Assembly: GCA_040758175.1 (NCBI GenBank)
Contig: JBFLVU010000002.1
Coordinates: forward strand, 1 to 39,834
Source of the DNA: Acidobacteriota bacterium
GTDB taxonomy: Bacteria; Acidobacteriota; UBA4820; DSQY01
DNA length: 39,834 nucleotides
Direction: 5' to 3'
Part shown: one piece after another, positions 36,468-39,834 of the stretch
How the letters are laid out: each line of letters begins with the position of its first letter
How positions within the stretch are numbered: position 1 is the first letter of the stretch
Notes under the pieces: generated by a model
What the model was told of the DNA's origin: nothing
Databases searched by the model: none
What the model saw: the letters and a program-made list of their open reading frames with translations, nothing else
Translations under genes and position numbers: made by a program

Positions 36468-37685
36468 CTATCCGCTCACCAGGTTGTACATGGAGAAGAG
36501 CGGCATGTACACGGAGAGTACCACGAGGGCGATGAGGACGGCCATGAAAAGCAGGAGCGCCGGCTCGAGAAGCGCGACGAAGCGCTCCACCGCCGTCGAC
36601 AGTTCGTCGTCGTAGAACTGGCTCACCTGGTCGAGCATTTCCGCCAAGGACCCCGTGGATTCGCCCACCTCCACCATTTCGACGGCCATGGGCGTCATGA
36701 CGTTCGTCTTCTGGAGGCTGGACCAGAGGGCTTGGCCCTCCAGCACCTGCCGCTTCACGTTTCGAAGCTCCACCTTGTAGAGCTCGTTGCTCATGGCCTC
36801 CGCGACCACGTCGAGGGCCGTCACGATGGGGATTCCCCCCGCAACCAGCGTGCCGAGGGTCCGGCACATCTGGGAGATGTTGTACCGACGGATGTTGACG
36901 CCCAAGAGCGGGATGCGCATGCGAAAGCGGGCCAGCCAGAGACGCCCCTCGGGCCGCGCGGAAAGGACCTTGAAGAGAATCGGCGTCGCGACCAAAACCG
37001 CGAGGGCGAGGGGCCAGCCCACCTGGGCCACCTTGGAGGCCGCGAGTACGATCTGGGTGATGAGGGGCAGGGCGGCTCCGGAGCCCATGAACAGCTCCGA
37101 AAACTTCGGGACGATGACGGTCAGGAGAAGGAAGATCAGGGCCACCGACAGGGTGAGCAGGATGACGGGGTAGATGAGGGCCGACATCACCTTCTTTTGG
37201 ATGGACTGCACCGTCTTGAGGTAGAAGAGGTACCGCTGGATCACGGTCACCAGTTCGCCCGAGCGCTCCCCCGCCGCCAGCGTCGCCGAGTAGATGGCTG
37301 GAAAGGCGTTGCCTCGGTTGGCGAAGGCCTCGGAGAGGGAGGCTCCCGCGCGAACGTCGTCGCGGACCTGCCCCAGGATCTTCTGGAACCCCCCCTCCCG
37401 CTCGTGGGCCAGGAGGAGGTCCAGGGCGGTCAGGACGGGCAGCCCGGCCTTCAGCAGGGCCGTAAACTCCTGATTGAAGAGGATGAAGTCCCGCAGGCGG
37501 ACGCGCCGCTGCGTGGAGACCAGGTTGCCGAGGAGGTTCTCCCAGGCGCGGGAGGGCCGGATGGAGAAGACGAAATACCCCTTCTCCTCGAGCTGGCCCC
37601 GGAGGGCCCCCTCGCTCGGGGCCACAATCTCCTGGATCGAAACTTCCCCGGTGGAAGAGCCCAGCCGGCAACGGTACCTCGGCAT
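36468..37685 (-). CDS. gspF: GspF/PilC-family inner-membrane platform protein
   Basis: 405 aa with two T2SSF repeats (FNQEFTALLKAGLPVLTALDLL... and FCRTLGTLVAGGIPIVTALDVV...) and three hydrophobic segments. Ends ...LSVYMPLFSMYNLVSG, as is typical for this family. Confidence 0.92.
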   Translation of the reverse strand: MPRYRCRLGSSTGEVSIQEIVAPSEGALRGQLEEKGYFVFSIRPSRAWENLLGNLVSTQRRVRLRDFILFNQEFTALLKAGLPVLTALDLLLAHEREGGFQKILGQVRDDVRAGASLSEAFANRGNAFPAIYSATLAAGERSGELVTVIQRYLFYLKTVQSIQKKVMSALIYPVILLTLSVALIFLLLTVIVPKFSELFMGSGAALPLITQIVLAASKVAQVGWPLALAVLVATPILFKVLSARPEGRLWLARFRMRIPLLGVNIRRYNISQMCRTLGTLVAGGIPIVTALDVVAEAMSNELYKVELRNVKRQVLEGQALWSSLQKTNVMTPMAVEMVEVGESTGSLAEMLDQVSQFYDDELSTAVERFVALLEPALLLFMAVLIALVVLSVYMPLFSMYNLVSG

Positions 37686-38371
37686 CAGGGAACCTCCGGC
37701 CGGGCGACGTCGGGGAGGAGCGTGGGCGTGATCCTGAGGCGGAGCGGAGGGATCTCCTCCTTCGCCCGGAGGAGGAACAGCGTAGGTTCGCCTTCGGGAA
37801 GCACGGCGGCGCCCCGGAGCAGGTCCTTGGAGGCGTCCCCGGCGTCGGGCCGCCAGGACAATTTGAGACTTCTGAGACCGAGCCGGCGGCGGGAGGGATC
37901 AAAGCCCTGGGCCTCGGCTTCCAAGCGGAAGTCCTTCCCGAGAGCGCATTCTCCTCCTCCGCCCTCCCGCAGGTCGATGACCCCCCGGTGGGTGACCTCG
38001 GGGCGCTCCGAGGCGGACCACTCGGTTGCGTCCACAAAGGCCTGGGATTGCTTGAACAATCCCCCCGCGGGAGTCCTCGGCAGGACCTCCAGGGCCGCTT
38101 CGAGGGCGAAGCGGCGAGCCGGCGCGTCCAGGTCCCGAAGGAGCCGTCGAATGCCGGGAAGCCTGGAGACTTCATCCTCCACCGAGAGGGAGTTGCCGGC
38201 CCCCTCCACGGTGATGCGCCCGCGGGGTCCCAGCTCTTCGGTGACGCGTCCCACGACGGATCGGACGTCCCGGTGCCTGAGCGTGTAGCGAAATCCCGCC
38301 AGCTGCTGGGCCGCGAACCAAAGGGGAAGCACGGCCGCCAGCACCAGGATCACCCATGTCCTTCGACTCAT
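37685..38371 (-). CDS. Hypothetical membrane-anchored protein (228 aa), unassigned component of the secretion operon
   Basis: Trimmed from 38851 to the ATG at 38371. MSRRTWVILVLAAVLPLWFAAQQL is an N-terminal anchor, followed by a ~200-aa soluble domain of ordinary composition. Its start overlaps the upstream stop (ATGA) and its stop overlaps the gspF ATG by 1 nt. Confidence 0.55.
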   Translation of the reverse strand: MSRRTWVILVLAAVLPLWFAAQQLAGFRYTLRHRDVRSVVGRVTEELGPRGRITVEGAGNSLSVEDEVSRLPGIRRLLRDLDAPARRFALEAALEVLPRTPAGGLFKQSQAFVDATEWSASERPEVTHRGVIDLREGGGGECALGKDFRLEAEAQGFDPSRRRLGLRSLKLSWRPDAGDASKDLLRGAAVLPEGEPTLFLLRAKEEIPPLRLRITPTLLPDVARPEVP

Positions 38372-38667
38372 CCCGGGGCCTCCACGATCACCACGACGGC
38401 CCGGTCGGCCTCCAGCGCGGAGCCTCCGTCCGCTCGAAACGCGGGCGACGACACCCCCGGGACGATGGCGTTCAACAAGGGCTCGCGGCCCGGGTCGGTG
38501 AACGCGACCCAGAGCCCGACGCCGAGTCCGGACAGGAGTCCCAGGGCCGCCATCCTTACCGCGGCGCGACGCCTCCGCCGCGCGCGGATTCGCCCGTCGA
38601 GGCGGAGGGTAAACTCGTTCCAGGCTTCCGGGGACCGGCGAGCCGAAGAGAAGGCCTCGATCTTCAA
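38368..38667 (-). CDS. Small single-pass membrane protein (~99 aa), positional candidate anti-sigma factor
   Basis: The frame is open from TTG at 38667, overlapping the sigma stop by 4 nt. There is no ATG before the TM helix. Arg-rich cytoplasmic segment (RIRARRRRRAAVR), TM MAALGLLSGLGVGLWVAF and a ~45-aa tail. The call rests on position after the ECF sigma and on coding-like frame; no ZAS motif. Confidence 0.4.
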   Translation of the reverse strand: MKIEAFSSARRSPEAWNEFTLRLDGRIRARRRRRAAVRMAALGLLSGLGVGLWVAFTDPGREPLLNAIVPGVSSPAFRADGGSALEADRAVVVIVEAPG

Positions 38668-39215
38668 AGGACAATCCCCCTCTCCCCCAGGCGCCGCTGG
38701 ACCTTCCTCCTCGCCTGCATGGCTTGGTTCCGGACGGTGCTCTCCGCAACCCCCAGGGACAAGGCGATGGCCCGAAAGTCCATGCCCTCGACGAAACGCA
38801 AGAGGAAGACGGCCCTCTCTTGGGCGGGAAGGACCTCGAGCGCGGCGGCAAGGGCGTCCTCCACCTCGCCGGTCCACAAGGCCTCCTCCGCCCGCGGGGC
38901 CACCGGGACGGCCTCCAGGACCTCCGGCTCGGGAAGGACTCGGCGCGTCTCCTCCCGGCGGAGGTAATCGATGGCCCGGTTGATGCAAAACCGCCGGAGC
39001 CAGGCTTCGGGCTCCTCGGGCAGGCTGGCCTTCCCCCGTTCCCAGAGGGCGAGGTAAGCCTCCTGAAGGATCTCGTCCGCGATGGCTTCCCGTCCCGTCA
39101 TCCGCCGCACCGTCCAGAAAAGGCTCTCCCGAGTGGCCTCCACCACTTGGTCGAAGGCCGCGGGGTCGCCGCCGAAGGCAAGCCTCAGAAGGGACCGTAG
39201 CATCCCCCCTTTCAC
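38664..39215 (-). CDS. ECF-type RNA polymerase sigma-70 family factor (sigma-24)
   Basis: Region 2 ADEILQEAYLALWERG...WLRRFCINRAIDYLRRE and region 4 LPAQERAVFLLRFVEGMDFRAIALSLGVAESTVRNQAMQARRKV. 183 aa. Confidence 0.9.
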   Translation of the reverse strand: MKGGMLRSLLRLAFGGDPAAFDQVVEATRESLFWTVRRMTGREAIADEILQEAYLALWERGKASLPEEPEAWLRRFCINRAIDYLRREETRRVLPEPEVLEAVPVAPRAEEALWTGEVEDALAAALEVLPAQERAVFLLRFVEGMDFRAIALSLGVAESTVRNQAMQARRKVQRRLGERGIVL

Positions 39216-39697
39216 GCCTGCCCTCCCGCCTGTAAGACGGACGGAGCGCGATTCCGTCTAGCCCTCCTGCGCAGGACCGCGTACAGGCCCAACGCCGTCG
39301 CGGTCCCGCCGGCCGCAGAGAGGAGAGCCGCCCCGAGGGCAAAGGCCGCGAGCTTGCCGCCCGCGGCGGGAGAGTCCGGAAGAAGGCTTCTACCCACCGC
39401 GAAGGAGGCGGCCAGAATGGCCGGGGCCGTGAAGGGCTGCCAGATCAGGGTCCCCGCGAGCACGGCGGGCCGGTTCAGGCGGAGAAGGAAGGCGAGGACG
39501 AGGGCAAGGGCCGTCTGAAAGGGAACGAGGGGAAGCAGGCCGATGGCCACGCCCAGACCCGCGCCGGCGGCCGTCCTCCCGGGCGTGTCCCCGACCCCCA
39601 GGAGGACCCGCGCGGCCTCACGGAGCGAAGTGGTCGAACCCTTTGGGAAGAAGCGGTTCACTCCGTCCTCCGGGCCACCGAAGCTCACAGGCCGCAC
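39212..39697 (-). CDS. DUF2062-family membrane protein (start uncertain: GTG at 39697, 39688 or 39661)
   Basis: TPGRTAAGAGLGVAIGLLPLVPFQTALALVLAFLLRLNRPAVLAGTLIWQPFTAP matches the DUF2062 core. Its stop overlaps the sigma-factor ATG (ATGA). An in-frame TAG at 39703..39701 bounds the N-terminus. Confidence 0.75.
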   Translation of the reverse strand: MRPVSFGGPEDGVNRFFPKGSTTSLREAARVLLGVGDTPGRTAAGAGLGVAIGLLPLVPFQTALALVLAFLLRLNRPAVLAGTLIWQPFTAPAILAASFAVGRSLLPDSPAAGGKLAAFALGAALLSAAGGTATALGLYAVLRRRARRNRAPSVLQAGGQA

Positions 39698-39834
39698 CTT
39701 CTACCAACCGCCCGATCCGGAAGGGGGAGCCCACGCCCCCCCCCCGCGCCGGATCCGGCTCCCCTCCGGCCGCGAAGAGAAGAACCTGGTCTTCTCCCCC
39801 CAGGATCGCCTCCCTCACCGACTCCTCACTCCAG
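39618..39834 (-). CDS. Possible 3' end of an upstream gene entering from the right edge (unidentified product)
   Basis: The frame is open from the window edge (..WSEESVREAILGGEDQVLLFAAGGEPDPARGGGVGSPFRIGRLVEG..) to TGA at 39618. Third-position G/C is moderate. Overlaps the DUF2062 N-terminus by 44-80 nt. No family recognised. Confidence 0.25.
   Translation of the reverse strand, partial: WSEESVREAILGGEDQVLLFAAGGEPDPARGGGVGSPFRIGRLVEGAACELRWPGGRSEPLLPKGFDHFAP

Noticed and set aside
39632-39660. ECF-promoter-like motif on the minus strand: TGAACC, 17 nt, TCGACC
   Set aside because: It lies inside the DUF2062 reading frame. No usable start codon exists downstream of it for that gene, so a transcript starting here would truncate DUF2062. 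It is probably a chance match.
39698-39745. Idea that a frameshift at the G10 tract fuses the right-edge ORF to the DUF2062 ORF
   Set aside because: The DUF2062 frame contains an in-frame TAG at 39703..39701 between the homopolymer and the GTG at 39697. A one-base slip therefore cannot produce a fusion.
1-39834. Search by eye for CRISPR arrays, tRNA/rRNA genes, IS elements, integrases, toxin-antitoxin pairs or phage-defence cassettes
   Set aside because: Apart from the 149-nt 13704-13852 spacer, the ~140-nt 23099-23237 spacer and the 111-nt 7733-7843 divergent region, intergenic gaps are about 100 nt or shorter, and none shows cloverleaf-like or regularly spaced repeat structure. No transposase-, integrase-, nuclease- or helicase-type ORFs were recognised. 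A computational scan (tRNAscan, Infernal, repeat finders) would still be needed to be certain.

Overview
Visibly GC-rich bacterial chromosomal segment; third codon positions of the convincing genes are overwhelmingly G/C. It holds about 37 protein-coding genes, mostly on the minus strand. I saw no rRNA, tRNA, CRISPR array, transposase or integrase. Phylum cannot be assigned from sequence alone. The left two thirds are housekeeping and metabolism. In order: lepA (5' part, running off the left edge and absent from the ORF track), ridA, a secreted hypothetical, the UPF0210/UPF0237 (DUF711/ACT) pair, and a small tandem-repeat protein. Then an unusual 1060-aa fusion of an MCP signalling domain to a family-5 solute-binding domain, relA/spoT, a DAG-kinase-family lipid kinase, and a 2-TM protein with a pseudopilin-like motif. 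Then a DUF255 thioredoxin-fold protein, a COG2509-type flavoprotein, phosphoglucomutase and a zinc-ribbon/TPR protein. Then a gcdH - lipoprotein - hutH - hbd string, a winged-helix protein with a histone-H1-like basic tail, bioY and a heterodimeric ABC exporter pair. The most interesting part is 27.8-39.7 kb. It is a tightly coupled minus-strand operon ordered DUF2062 - ECF sigma - two unassigned membrane proteins - GspF - GspE - PilM/N/O/P-like - secretin - three pseudopilins. The secretin is lipidated, has an N-terminal TPR region and carries a C-terminal cohesin-like domain. The pseudopilins have long charged leaders and a shared C-terminal (F/Y)(S/N)EW motif. This looks like a self-regulated hybrid of T2SS and type IVa pilus modules, and several canonical parts are absent from the window. 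Many long ORFs in the supplied track are antisense or alternative-frame shadows typical of high-GC DNA and were rejected. Several track ORFs were trimmed to internal starts that have Shine-Dalgarno support.
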